The translations under genes and the position numbers were made by a program. 64,000 nucleotides of DNA from Candidatus Peregrinibacteria bacterium (GTDB lineage Bacteria; Patescibacteriota; Gracilibacteria; UBA1369; UBA12473). Below the pieces are notes generated by a model. It saw only the letters and a program-made list of their open reading frames with translations, made no database searches and was not told where the DNA came from. This document shows, piece after piece, positions 1-9,241 of the stretch. Every line of letters starts with the position of its first letter. The first letter of the stretch is position 1. The stretch covers positions 5,416 to 69,415 of the forward strand of contig JABJMC010000023.1 in assembly GCA_018659585.1 (NCBI GenBank). The letters run 5' to 3'.

Positions 1-881
1 TCCTTACCGATTCTGGAGGATTTCAAGTTTTTTCGCTAAGTGAACGTCGGAAAATTGATGATAATGGCGTTGAATTTCACTCACACAAAAATGGTGACAA
101 ACACTACTTTACTCCTGAAAAAGCCATCCAAATTCAAGAAAAACTTGGCACTGACATTATTATGGCTTTTGATGAATGTGCGCCTGGCGATTGTGATCAT
201 AAATATGCTAAAAAAGCCATGGAGCGCACACATAATTGGGCTTTACGTTGCAAAAAAGAACATGAAAAACTACAAAAAATACGCGTTAAAAATGGCCAAG
301 CAGAGCAAGCACTTTTCCCTATTATCCAAGGCGTAATTTACGATGATTTAAGAGAAGAATCAGCCAAATTTATGGCTAATTTAGATTTACCTGGAATTGC
401 AATTGGCGGATTAAGCGTTGGGGAAAGTAAAGAAGATATGTACCGAATTTTAGATGTAGTGCGTCCACATTTACCGAAGGATAAAATTCACTATTTAATG
501 GGTGTTGGTAGTCCCGAAGATTTAGTTGAGGGAGTGGCGCGCGGCATAGACCTTTTTGACTGCGTCCTCCCAACCAGGCTCGCGCGCCATGGCGCTTTTT
601 GGACTCCCATTGGTCGTCATAATATTAAGAACAAAAAATTTGAACAACAACTAACTCCACTCCAAAAAAATTGTTCATGCTCCACCTGTAAAACAACCAC
701 CATTTCCTACATTCGCCATCTTCATATGGAAAGCGAAATTACCGCTCTCAGACTCCTCACTATCCACAATCTTCACTTTTTGTTAGACTTAATGCGTACC
801 ATTCGCAAACACATTAAAGAAGGTACTTTTGACGCCTTTCACAAATCCTTTACCTCTCAATTCTTAAACTCTGAATCATGA
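1..881 (+). CDS. tgt: tRNA-guanine transglycosylase (queuine tRNA-ribosyltransferase), 5' end cut by the window edge
   Basis: Frame 3 reads LTDSGGFQVFSL...IIMAFDECAP from nt 3 without stops and runs into track ORF 162..881. It has a Tgt-type zinc site (CSCSTC...H) and LTIHNLHFLL. The TGA stop overlaps the ruvA ATG (ATGA). Confidence 0.9.
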   Translation, partial: LTDSGGFQVFSLSERRKIDDNGVEFHSHKNGDKHYFTPEKAIQIQEKLGTDIIMAFDECAPGDCDHKYAKKAMERTHNWALRCKKEHEKLQKIRVKNGQAEQALFPIIQGVIYDDLREESAKFMANLDLPGIAIGGLSVGESKEDMYRILDVVRPHLPKDKIHYLMGVGSPEDLVEGVARGIDLFDCVLPTRLARHGAFWTPIGRHNIKNKKFEQQLTPLQKNCSCSTCKTTTISYIRHLHMESEITALRLLTIHNLHFLLDLMRTIRKHIKEGTFDAFHKSFTSQFLNSES

Positions 882-1453
882 TCGCTCATCTCTCTGGTAA
901 ATGCCTCTCCAAATCTGAAAAATTCCTAATTATTGACGTTCAAGGCGTTGGTTATCGCGTTTCCGTCCCTACTAATCTTTTAGAAAAAGCCGAAAACCAC
1001 CTCCCCTTAAAACTACATATTCACACCGTAGTCCGCGAAGATGATTTAAGTTTATACGGATTTGCCAAAGAAGAAGAACTCCGCTTATTTGAAACTCTAA
1101 TCTCTGTTAATGGCGTTGGCCCAAAAATTGCACTCGAGCTTTTCACTTCTCCTTTAGAAGAAATTCAGGCCGCCATTCTTTCTGAAAACGTTTATGCCCT
1201 CACTCAAATCCCTGGAATTGGCAAAAAAACTGCTGAACGAATTATTTTGGAACTTAAGGAAAAAATCGCTCCACTTGCCAAAGATTTAGCCGTTGAAAAA
1301 GCTAATTTACCCAAGGAAGTCCCCGAAGAAGCAGTTCACGCTCTACTCGGCCTTGGCTACAAACGCGGCGACATTAACCGTGTTTTCCGAAGTCTCAAAG
1401 AACCAATTACTCATGCCGAAGATTTAATCAAATACTTCCTCAAGAACGTTTAA
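878..1453 (+). CDS. ruvA: Holliday junction DNA helicase subunit RuvA
   Basis: 191 aa. N-terminal MIAHLSGK...VQGVGYRV OB-fold pattern and helix-hairpin-helix motifs (VNGVGPKIALELF, IPGIGKKTAERIILELK). Confidence 0.9.
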   Translation: MIAHLSGKCLSKSEKFLIIDVQGVGYRVSVPTNLLEKAENHLPLKLHIHTVVREDDLSLYGFAKEEELRLFETLISVNGVGPKIALELFTSPLEEIQAAILSENVYALTQIPGIGKKTAERIILELKEKIAPLAKDLAVEKANLPKEVPEEAVHALLGLGYKRGDINRVFRSLKEPITHAEDLIKYFLKNV

Positions 1454-2478
1454 TGGCCAAAGCCTCCCTTATCACCGACTTAACCAATGTTTTTTACCTA
1501 ACCGGTTTAAAAAGTTCTAATGCCGGAGTTTTACAAACTAAAAACAAGACTTACCTTATAACTGACGGTCGATATTTAGAAAAAGCTCAAAAAATTAAAG
1601 GGATTACCGCTCTTGATATTAAAAACAAAGAAGTTTGGCCCCAACTAATAAAAAAGCACCGCTTAGATTTAATTGAATACGAAGGTCATAGCCTAAAAAT
1701 CAACAGCCTTAGTCGCTGGAAAAAGAAATTTCCTAGAATTAAATGGCAAGACAACAAACAAAAAATCGAAAAAAAACGGGCTCAAAAATCCTCCACTGAG
1801 TTGCGCAAAATAAGTGCCTCTCAACGCCTTAATGAACAAATTTTTAGAACAGTAAAAAGGTCTTTGAAAACAGGAGTGACCGAACTAGAAATCGCCAAAA
1901 AAATTCAAATTGAAACCCTTACCCAAAACGCCGAAAAATCCTTTGATCCAATCATTGCTTTTGGGACTCACACATCTGACCCTCATCACGAACCTACTAA
2001 ACGCAAATTAAAAAAAGGAGACTTAATTATGATCGATATGGGCGTTACTTTAAATAATTATGCTTCGGACATGACACGCATGTTATTCACCAACTCCCCC
2101 ACTTCCGAACAAGAAAAAATCTATAATCTCGTCCTTCAAGCCCAGGAAAATGCTATTTTAGCTCTCAAACCAAGAAAAACTGGAGGTCAAATCGATCGCA
2201 TAGCGCGCCAAACCTTTCAAAAAAACGGCCACCAAAAAGCCTTCCTTCATTCTCTAGGGCATGGTCTAGGCCTTCAAGTCCACGAATTTCCTAACCTCGC
2301 CCCTAAATCCAAAATCCTCCTCAAACCCGGTATGGTTGTTACTATTGAACCCGGCCTTTATTTCCCCGGCAAATTCGGTATTCGTATCGAAGATCTTTTA
2401 GTAATCACTCCTAAAGGTTCCCGCAATCTTACCAAGACTCCCAAAGTTATAAAAGATTGCCTTTTACGCAAAATTTAG
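1453..2478 (+). CDS. M24-family Xaa-Pro aminopeptidase/dipeptidase
   Basis: 341 aa. Creatinase-like N-terminal region plus metal-ligand motifs of the M24B fold (DMGVTLNNYASDMTR, HSLGHGLGLQVHEFP, GIRIEDLLVIT). The ATG shares 1 nt with the ruvA TAA stop. Confidence 0.85.
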   Translation: MAKASLITDLTNVFYLTGLKSSNAGVLQTKNKTYLITDGRYLEKAQKIKGITALDIKNKEVWPQLIKKHRLDLIEYEGHSLKINSLSRWKKKFPRIKWQDNKQKIEKKRAQKSSTELRKISASQRLNEQIFRTVKRSLKTGVTELEIAKKIQIETLTQNAEKSFDPIIAFGTHTSDPHHEPTKRKLKKGDLIMIDMGVTLNNYASDMTRMLFTNSPTSEQEKIYNLVLQAQENAILALKPRKTGGQIDRIARQTFQKNGHQKAFLHSLGHGLGLQVHEFPNLAPKSKILLKPGMVVTIEPGLYFPGKFGIRIEDLLVITPKGSRNLTKTPKVIKDCLLRKI

Positions 2479-2511
2479 CTAAAATCACTTCCGTTCTAAC
2501 CTCTCTTTTTT

Positions 2512-4299
2512 ATGTGTGGAATTTTTGGTTATTTAGGGCCCCAAAACAACGCTAGTGAAATGGCCATTGACGGCCTGAAAAATCTTGAATATCGAGGATA
2601 TGATTCCTGGGGAGTCGCTTGTAAAAACGAAAATGGCGATCTGTTACTCGAAAAACACATTGGCAAAATTTCCGAAGCCGACGACTTAAGACCCGAAATC
2701 CTAGACTCCATTAATCACCTTGCAATTGGACATTCTCGCTGGGCTACTCACGGCGGTGTAACAGATCAAAACGCACACCCACACTTAAGCCACAGCGGCA
2801 ATATTGCTCTCGTTCACAACGGGATAGTTGAAAACTACGTTGAACTCCGCGAAGAACTTAAAAAAGACGGTTTTGAGTTTAAATCCGAAACCGACACCGA
2901 AACAATTGTTCATTTAATCGAAAAATACGTTAGTGAGGTTGGTTTTGAAGAAGGCGTAAAAAAAGCCGTTAAAAGACTAGAGGGACGTTATGCTTTCCTA
3001 GCCATTCACAAAGAAGAAGAAAAAATGATCGCCGCCCGAACTGGTTCTCCGTTAATCGTTGGAGTGGGACCGTTGGATAATGAGTATTTCCTTGGTTCAG
3101 ATGTGCCGGCCTTTTACAAACACACCAAACGCGTCATGTATTTAGATGACGAACAAATGGTAATTATCGATAACTCAGGAATTCGTTTTTTCAACACCAA
3201 AACCGATGAAGCCATTGAAAAACGGGTTGTTGAACTTACTCTGGACATTGAAAGCGCTGAAAAAGGAAAGTACGCCCACTTTATGCTCAAGGAAATAATG
3301 GAACAAAAAGACACTTTAAGTCGCGCCATTAACCAAGAACCAGAACTTATTGAAGGAATGGCTCAAGCAATTGAAGATGCACGTGGTACTTTTTTAATTG
3401 GCTGTGGAACTGCCGGAAAAGTCGCCCTCACCGGGTCCTATCTTTTCTCTCGTATTGCCAAGAAACACGTTAATTTTACTTTTGGTTCGGAATTTGCGAG
3501 TTACCAAGACTTTTTAACTGACAAAACTTTATTACTTTCTATTTCTCAAAGTGGCGAAACCGCGGACACTCTCGAAGCGATTGAAGTTGCCCAGAAAAAA
3601 GGCGTTAAAATTGCCTCTATTGTAAATGTCGAAAGCTCCACAATGGCCCGTATATCTGATCTTGTTATTCCTATCAAAGCTGGCCCAGAAAAAGCCGTGG
3701 CTTCTACTAAGGCCACTACTTCCCAAATGGCTATTTTAACCTTATTAGCCTATGCCTGCGCCGGAAAATTAAACGAAGGACAACAACTACTCGCCGCCAC
3801 TGCTGGTAAAATTAATGACATGTTAAATCCCCGTTACGAAGACCACATCAAAGCCCTAGCCGACAAAATTGTTGATGTCGAAAGCATGTACATTATTGGG
3901 AAAGGTCTAAACTATCCCATGGCCCTAGAAGCAGCTATCAAACTACAAGAAGTCTCTTACATCCACGCCGAAGGTTTTGCGGGAGGAGAACTCAAACACG
4001 GACCAATCGCCCTCATTACCGAAGGCGTGCCATGCATCGCCATTGTCGCTAATGACGAAACCCGCTCTGATATCCTTAGCAATGCCATGGAAATAAAAGC
4101 TCGTGGCGGTTATATCATTGGCGTTTCTCCTGAAAATTCCGAAATTTTTGACTACTGGATCAAGGTCCCAGATGCTGGCAATGCCTCCCCTATCGTCAAC
4201 ATCATTCCAATCCAAATTCTTGCCTATCATCTCGCTATTGGTCGCGAAAATAATCCTGACATGCCCCGCAATTTAGCCAAAAGCGTGACTGTTAAGTAA
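2512..4299 (+). CDS. glmS: glutamine--fructose-6-phosphate aminotransferase
   Basis: 595 aa. Starts MCGIFGY (catalytic Cys2), has two SIS domains (SQSGETADT) and the canonical C-terminus NLAKSVTVK. Confidence 0.95.
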   Translation: MCGIFGYLGPQNNASEMAIDGLKNLEYRGYDSWGVACKNENGDLLLEKHIGKISEADDLRPEILDSINHLAIGHSRWATHGGVTDQNAHPHLSHSGNIALVHNGIVENYVELREELKKDGFEFKSETDTETIVHLIEKYVSEVGFEEGVKKAVKRLEGRYAFLAIHKEEEKMIAARTGSPLIVGVGPLDNEYFLGSDVPAFYKHTKRVMYLDDEQMVIIDNSGIRFFNTKTDEAIEKRVVELTLDIESAEKGKYAHFMLKEIMEQKDTLSRAINQEPELIEGMAQAIEDARGTFLIGCGTAGKVALTGSYLFSRIAKKHVNFTFGSEFASYQDFLTDKTLLLSISQSGETADTLEAIEVAQKKGVKIASIVNVESSTMARISDLVIPIKAGPEKAVASTKATTSQMAILTLLAYACAGKLNEGQQLLAATAGKINDMLNPRYEDHIKALADKIVDVESMYIIGKGLNYPMALEAAIKLQEVSYIHAEGFAGGELKHGPIALITEGVPCIAIVANDETRSDILSNAMEIKARGGYIIGVSPENSEIFDYWIKVPDAGNASPIVNIIPIQILAYHLAIGRENNPDMPRNLAKSVTVK

Positions 4300-5214
4300 T
4301 CGATAATTTAGAACTTTTTGATCAATGGCCCATTTTAGCGTGTTCATGTCTGGTGCCTCGAGTATTTGCCAGTTAGGCTCCTGCTCATTAGGAACTAAAC
4401 TGCTATGGACCAAATTATGGCATTTTTTGCAGAGGCCGACTATGAAATCTGGGTCGTGGTTATGTTTGATAGCAAAACGTTTGGTGTGATGAAAGCATTC
4501 GATTGGACTATTGCAGTTTAAACACTTGTTATTCTGACGAGTGCTGACTAATTTTTTAACAGCCACAGGCATGGCTCCAGAAGTCTTTTCGCGGCCTTGC
4601 TTTTTGGTGCACTCGGGACAAACTTGAATGGTTATTTGTTTTTCTGGCTGGGATTGTTCAACAAAGAGCTCTTCGAGAACTTCTCCGAAACTTAAAGTTT
4701 CGCCACGCTCTTTTTCAATTTTTTGTTTAAATTGGCGAAATCTAAGGGCGATTTTTTCGTTAACTTCGAATGAAAAACGTTCACGTTTTTCAGGTTGGGA
4801 TTCACTCTTAAGAGTGAAATCTCCCCTGTTAATTTGAACTAATTTTTCTAGAGATGTTTGTGGAAGATTTGCAACCTTTTGCGCCCACTCCTTTTCGGTT
4901 GCTGGTGTCGCAATATAAGCAACTTTTTCAATTTTACTCCAACCCTGTTCACCGCTTTCGAGTTGTGCACGTAAGGTGGGTTTATCTTTCAATTTCTCTG
5001 AAAGATTCAAAATTTTATCGACACTGGCATAACTCATTCCTCCTAATTTAGCGGCAAATTCATGAATTGAACTACAACCGTGACGACGATATGTCCGACG
5101 CTGCTTTGCCTCGGGCAACAAGGCAGCAAATTGACGTTTTGATAAAAGTGCAACACGACCGCGCTTTTTGCAAAGTTGATAAAATTCGGAATCTGATAAT
5201 TTTTTGTATTTCAT
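4273..5214 (-). CDS. HNH endonuclease-domain protein (DUF222-like N-terminal region)
   Basis: 313 aa. The C-terminal half has a Cys-box and HNH core (CPEC...CLNCNSPIECFHHTKRF...HDPDFIVGLCKKCHNLVH). The last 27 nt overlap the 3' end of convergent glmS. Confidence 0.75.
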   Translation of the reverse strand: MKYKKLSDSEFYQLCKKRGRVALLSKRQFAALLPEAKQRRTYRRHGCSSIHEFAAKLGGMSYASVDKILNLSEKLKDKPTLRAQLESGEQGWSKIEKVAYIATPATEKEWAQKVANLPQTSLEKLVQINRGDFTLKSESQPEKRERFSFEVNEKIALRFRQFKQKIEKERGETLSFGEVLEELFVEQSQPEKQITIQVCPECTKKQGREKTSGAMPVAVKKLVSTRQNNKCLNCNSPIECFHHTKRFAIKHNHDPDFIVGLCKKCHNLVHSSLVPNEQEPNWQILEAPDMNTLKWAIDQKVLNYRLLNSHAFG

Positions 5215-5349
5215 AGGATGGTTTTTAGGGTGAGTATGCTTTTACCTTAACAGGTTAAAAACTTGCGCGCAAGACGGGTTTAGTGATTACAAAATAATTA
5301 TTCAAAAAACGCTACAGAAAAGCTCCACAATCTATCCAATTACACCTTG

Positions 5350-5378
5350 TTGCTTTTTTGATGAAAAAATGTTATAAT
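5350..5378 (+). promoter_or_regulatory. sigma-70-type promoter for the 1264-aa gene
   Basis: TTGCTT (5350-5355), a 17-nt spacer, then TATAAT (5373-5378) with a TGn extended -10 (TGT at 5370-5372). It lies 31 nt upstream of the ATG at 5410. Confidence 0.55.
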
Positions 5379-5409
5379 TCAAAGATAATAAAAATAAAAA
5401 TCACTCATC

Positions 5410-8400
5410 ATGGGAGAAAAATTTAGTCCAAGTGCCGAAGGCGAAGGCCGTTGGGTCGAAATGAAAGACCCAGAACGAGCGGAAGTTTATGGAAATATTC
5501 ATGAACGCGCCGCAGATCAAATTGACGCTGATGGGTATGACTCAATCCCGCAAGACATGGCCGATAAGGTTGGTGAAAGAGAAGACCCCCACGAAAAAAC
5601 TGTAGAAAACTCCCATGACACAGTTAGCAAAGCTATCGAAGACGCTTTTCGCTCCCAATTCCCAGGAGAAGAAGAATTCCAACAACTAATGGATTATGCA
5701 GTTGGTTATTTAAAAAGCGCTCCCGAAAACGTCATTCTTGGAGTTGGAAATATCGATTACGTTGATAAACAAGATAAAATTGTAATTTATAAAGACACCT
5801 CAGATGCTCAACGTTGGAAAGTTCGCGTCGAAAAACCAGGAGGAGATCCAGAAAATAATCGTTTTAATGGCTATCTTTTCCCTTTGGGGGCAAACCAAAA
5901 AGATTTTATCGATAATAAGGCTCAAATTGCATACGATGATGCACTTGGAGAATTCACTGCTAATTCCACTGAAGACATCTTAAAAACATCACTAGAAGCA
6001 AGTTTACTAGAACCAGCCACAAACCTCAAAGTTTGTGATGTTGTTACTGAAAAACTTGGACTAGGTAAAAAAGGTGGCACAATTGGTGAGCAAGATGGAA
6101 TCCCAGACAAACGTTGGGAAGTAACCTGCACTGGGACTGAGGCCACGGCTGAAGTAGTAGATGTTGCTACACATATTACTCAACCAGCGCAAGCTATTGT
6201 CCAAGCTATACTTAATGATACAGCTGGAGCAACCGCTAGAGACCGCAGCACCGGATACCCCACTATTCAAGAAAAAATTGCTCTAATTAATCCCATCATT
6301 GAAGGAATCAACAGTGAAGATTTGAAAACCCTTGTAATTAGTGACTTAAAAACATCTTTACCTACCCTCCCTTACACCCAGCATAACGCTGACTATACCA
6401 CTAACTGGGAAATCACCATTGTAGACAATGCTCTTCGGGTCATTTCCACTCCTATCCCCCCAGAACACACCGAAATATTTAATGCTAAAAAAGAATTAGA
6501 AGAAGGCCCGCATGCAAATGGCGCTAGCGTCCAAGCAGGAGCCACTGCTCTCCAAGAGGCTCTTAATACAAATCCTACACAAATAGACGAATTAATTGTT
6601 GATTTAGGATTAGATGTTCCCATTGATATCTCTACTGAAATTGGCAGTGAATATACGATAGTTATTTCATCTGATGCCGGCTCTATTTCTGTTCAACCGG
6701 TATTAGAAAAAGAATCTCTCGCTCAAACAGCCACTACCGCCAAAGATGCTCTTCTCGTTCAACTCACAGCCAACCCCATAAATGCCACCACCGACTTAAC
6801 CAATCTTATCAACGAATTACCAGAAGAAGAACGCGCTGAATTCGCGGCCTCTCTTGGTATTACACCCGAGGGGCTAGCATTTGATTCTGAAAATAGGCTG
6901 CCATATCTCTTAAAATACGACGCAGACGGATTAACGGTAGAACTTAATCAAGAAGAATTGAATAAAACAATAGAAAATTTAAATAGATCTCTACTAGAAG
7001 CCTTAGCTAGTATTACAGAATATCCCACTACACCAGCTACTGGTGGAACCCTAGTTCCGACTGAGTCCTTCCCTGGAAACATTCAAGCCGCCATTCAAAA
7101 CATCAAGGACTTAATAGAAAAAACTCCCGCAAATAATATGGATCTTTGGGATTTTTACCAGGGCAATCAAATCATTACTTATCCTAATTACGAAAAAACT
7201 CTCATCATTAGAATAGAGCCTACTCAAGCAGACAAAGTCTTAATCTCCACAGAAACAACAGAATTTGGAAACGCCCGAGAAGCTCTAAAAACTCTTGTCA
7301 CAAAACTTGGAGACAGCAGTGCCACTCCTACGGAAGTACAAAGCTTACAAAGTTTACTCCAAGCTGACACCGGAGTAGCCGAATCATTTGTTGCTACTTA
7401 TTTCCCAAATAATGACGAGACTCATTCCATTTTAGAAGTAGCTGGCCCTAATGACACCACACATACAATCAAGGTTGATTCTAACAATGCTGTAACTACG
7501 GATCCTGAATTAGAAGCGCCAAATGGACTTCCCCCTGCGACTCTTGAACAAGGAAAAAGACAACTTACTTCTATTCAAGAGGCCATTAAAGGTGGAACTA
7601 ATCCCAACCAAATTACTTCCATAAATGTTACTGATTTAACTTCCACTATCACCAGCGTCGAAGGCGAACAACGCACAGCACTCCTTACTGAACTAGGTCT
7701 AAATGGTGACAACACTGTATTGGTCAATTCTCCAGGTACCCAAGATAATGACGAACACAAAATCCCTTGGCTACTTTCTTGGAACGAGGGAAATGCGACT
7801 ACCCCCGGAACAATCGAAATTCAGCTTGATCAAGACCTATTAGCAGAAAGGATAAATAGCATTAGTGACAACCTATCAGACGCTTTAAATGGCTCAACAG
7901 ACCACGCCCAAACAGTAATCGAAATGCAAACTTTTCTAGACACTATTCCCAGCAGCTTTGACATCAATAAAGGAGTTTGGCTAGGAAGACTTACTAATAG
8001 TGTCGATCCCAGTAGTTTAGCTTGGTGCAGAATAAATACCACCGCGACAGACCCACCTAGACATGTTGCATCCATTGAATCTGAACCAACTACAGAACAA
8101 AAAACTATCTTAACCAAGTTTAATGAGCTTAAAACCGCAATTAATACAAATCAAAATCGAGAAACTCCATTACAAGCTTTAAATAGTGCTATCGCTTTAA
8201 TAAGTGACCACCCCCAAAAACACGCCCTAATTGATCATATTAATACAGTAAGTGCTATTAATCATGAAGGGACAAAAATAAATATCATTTACAACTGGAT
8301 AGACCCTATTGGCTTTCATTTGACAGAAGATGCCCCCACAGATGATGCAGAGGACGACGAACAACTAGACGATGACGCGGAAATAAGCTCAGAAGAAATC

Positions 8401-9204
8401 ACCCAACTCGCCGCGCCAATTATAAAAGAAATCGCCAAAATAGAGCCTCCAAACATCCGTGATGCAATTCCAACTACAGAAGATCTCCAACCCCTACAAA
8501 CTCTAATTAGTGCCCTTGATCCAGCTAAAAAAGAAGTTGTTTTAGAAAGAGGTACCTTAAACATTGAAAAAGAATTATGGTTTCGAGTTACTAAGGGTCA
8601 AAATATCGCTGTAAAATATACACTTAATGTCACTGACGCTAATGAAGTTTCTTTGCAATTAAATTTCGAAAAATTAATTGAAGATTCTACCAATGATTAC
8701 AATAGAATAATCACTGGTATAGAAACCAGCGGAGGAATTAATGAGGCTTCATTAGACGCTTTTTCTGCTCGTCTAAAAATTATCAAAAATCATGGAACTC
8801 AAGAACAACAACGTGATCTTATAACTAGCATTTGTGGTGAACGAACACCAATTGGCACAGTTCATGAATTCAACAGCAATAATGGAAAACGAATGGTTGT
8901 TTCACTAACAACTGAAGATCCTTACCTAAGGCTCGAAGAACATGGTTTAACTGAAGATCAATATAATGACGCTACAGATATTCCTATAAATAAAGGCGTA
9001 TCTCTTACAAAAGCTATAAATTTAGGAATTGTTACTCTTCAAGACCCTGATGAAGATACTGAACAAGACTGGCTTCCATTTGACCCAAGTCAATTTGCTT
9101 ACTTATATCCCTACGCAGACTTATCTGACCCGGCCGAAAATGTTGAAGATTATGACCCCTATTACCGCCTAGTCCGCATCGCTGACCTCCCAGCCACCCC
9201 ATAG
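5410..9204 (+). CDS. large acidic hypothetical protein (1264 aa), with no signal peptide or TM segment seen
   Basis: Long uninterrupted ORF with a strong upstream promoter. Rich in D/E/T. I recognise no catalytic motif. Loosely periodic strand-then-helix modules recur along the sequence. Confidence 0.8.
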   Translation: MGEKFSPSAEGEGRWVEMKDPERAEVYGNIHERAADQIDADGYDSIPQDMADKVGEREDPHEKTVENSHDTVSKAIEDAFRSQFPGEEEFQQLMDYAVGYLKSAPENVILGVGNIDYVDKQDKIVIYKDTSDAQRWKVRVEKPGGDPENNRFNGYLFPLGANQKDFIDNKAQIAYDDALGEFTANSTEDILKTSLEASLLEPATNLKVCDVVTEKLGLGKKGGTIGEQDGIPDKRWEVTCTGTEATAEVVDVATHITQPAQAIVQAILNDTAGATARDRSTGYPTIQEKIALINPIIEGINSEDLKTLVISDLKTSLPTLPYTQHNADYTTNWEITIVDNALRVISTPIPPEHTEIFNAKKELEEGPHANGASVQAGATALQEALNTNPTQIDELIVDLGLDVPIDISTEIGSEYTIVISSDAGSISVQPVLEKESLAQTATTAKDALLVQLTANPINATTDLTNLINELPEEERAEFAASLGITPEGLAFDSENRLPYLLKYDADGLTVELNQEELNKTIENLNRSLLEALASITEYPTTPATGGTLVPTESFPGNIQAAIQNIKDLIEKTPANNMDLWDFYQGNQIITYPNYEKTLIIRIEPTQADKVLISTETTEFGNAREALKTLVTKLGDSSATPTEVQSLQSLLQADTGVAESFVATYFPNNDETHSILEVAGPNDTTHTIKVDSNNAVTTDPELEAPNGLPPATLEQGKRQLTSIQEAIKGGTNPNQITSINVTDLTSTITSVEGEQRTALLTELGLNGDNTVLVNSPGTQDNDEHKIPWLLSWNEGNATTPGTIEIQLDQDLLAERINSISDNLSDALNGSTDHAQTVIEMQTFLDTIPSSFDINKGVWLGRLTNSVDPSSLAWCRINTTATDPPRHVASIESEPTTEQKTILTKFNELKTAINTNQNRETPLQALNSAIALISDHPQKHALIDHINTVSAINHEGTKINIIYNWIDPIGFHLTEDAPTDDAEDDEQLDDDAEISSEEITQLAAPIIKEIAKIEPPNIRDAIPTTEDLQPLQTLISALDPAKKEVVLERGTLNIEKELWFRVTKGQNIAVKYTLNVTDANEVSLQLNFEKLIEDSTNDYNRIITGIETSGGINEASLDAFSARLKIIKNHGTQEQQRDLITSICGERTPIGTVHEFNSNNGKRMVVSLTTEDPYLRLEEHGLTEDQYNDATDIPINKGVSLTKAINLGIVTLQDPDEDTEQDWLPFDPSQFAYLYPYADLSDPAENVEDYDPYYRLVRIADLPATP

Positions 9205-9206
9205 CA

Positions 9207-9215
9207 TGCTATAAT
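9207..9215 (+). promoter_or_regulatory. candidate extended -10 element (TGCTATAAT) upstream of pyk
   Basis: TGCTATAAT ends 26 nt before the pyk ATG. No good -35 is seen. The same 9-mer recurs at 10653-10661. Confidence 0.35.
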
Positions 9216-9241
9216 AAGAGCCCTTCTTTGACCTCCCTTAA

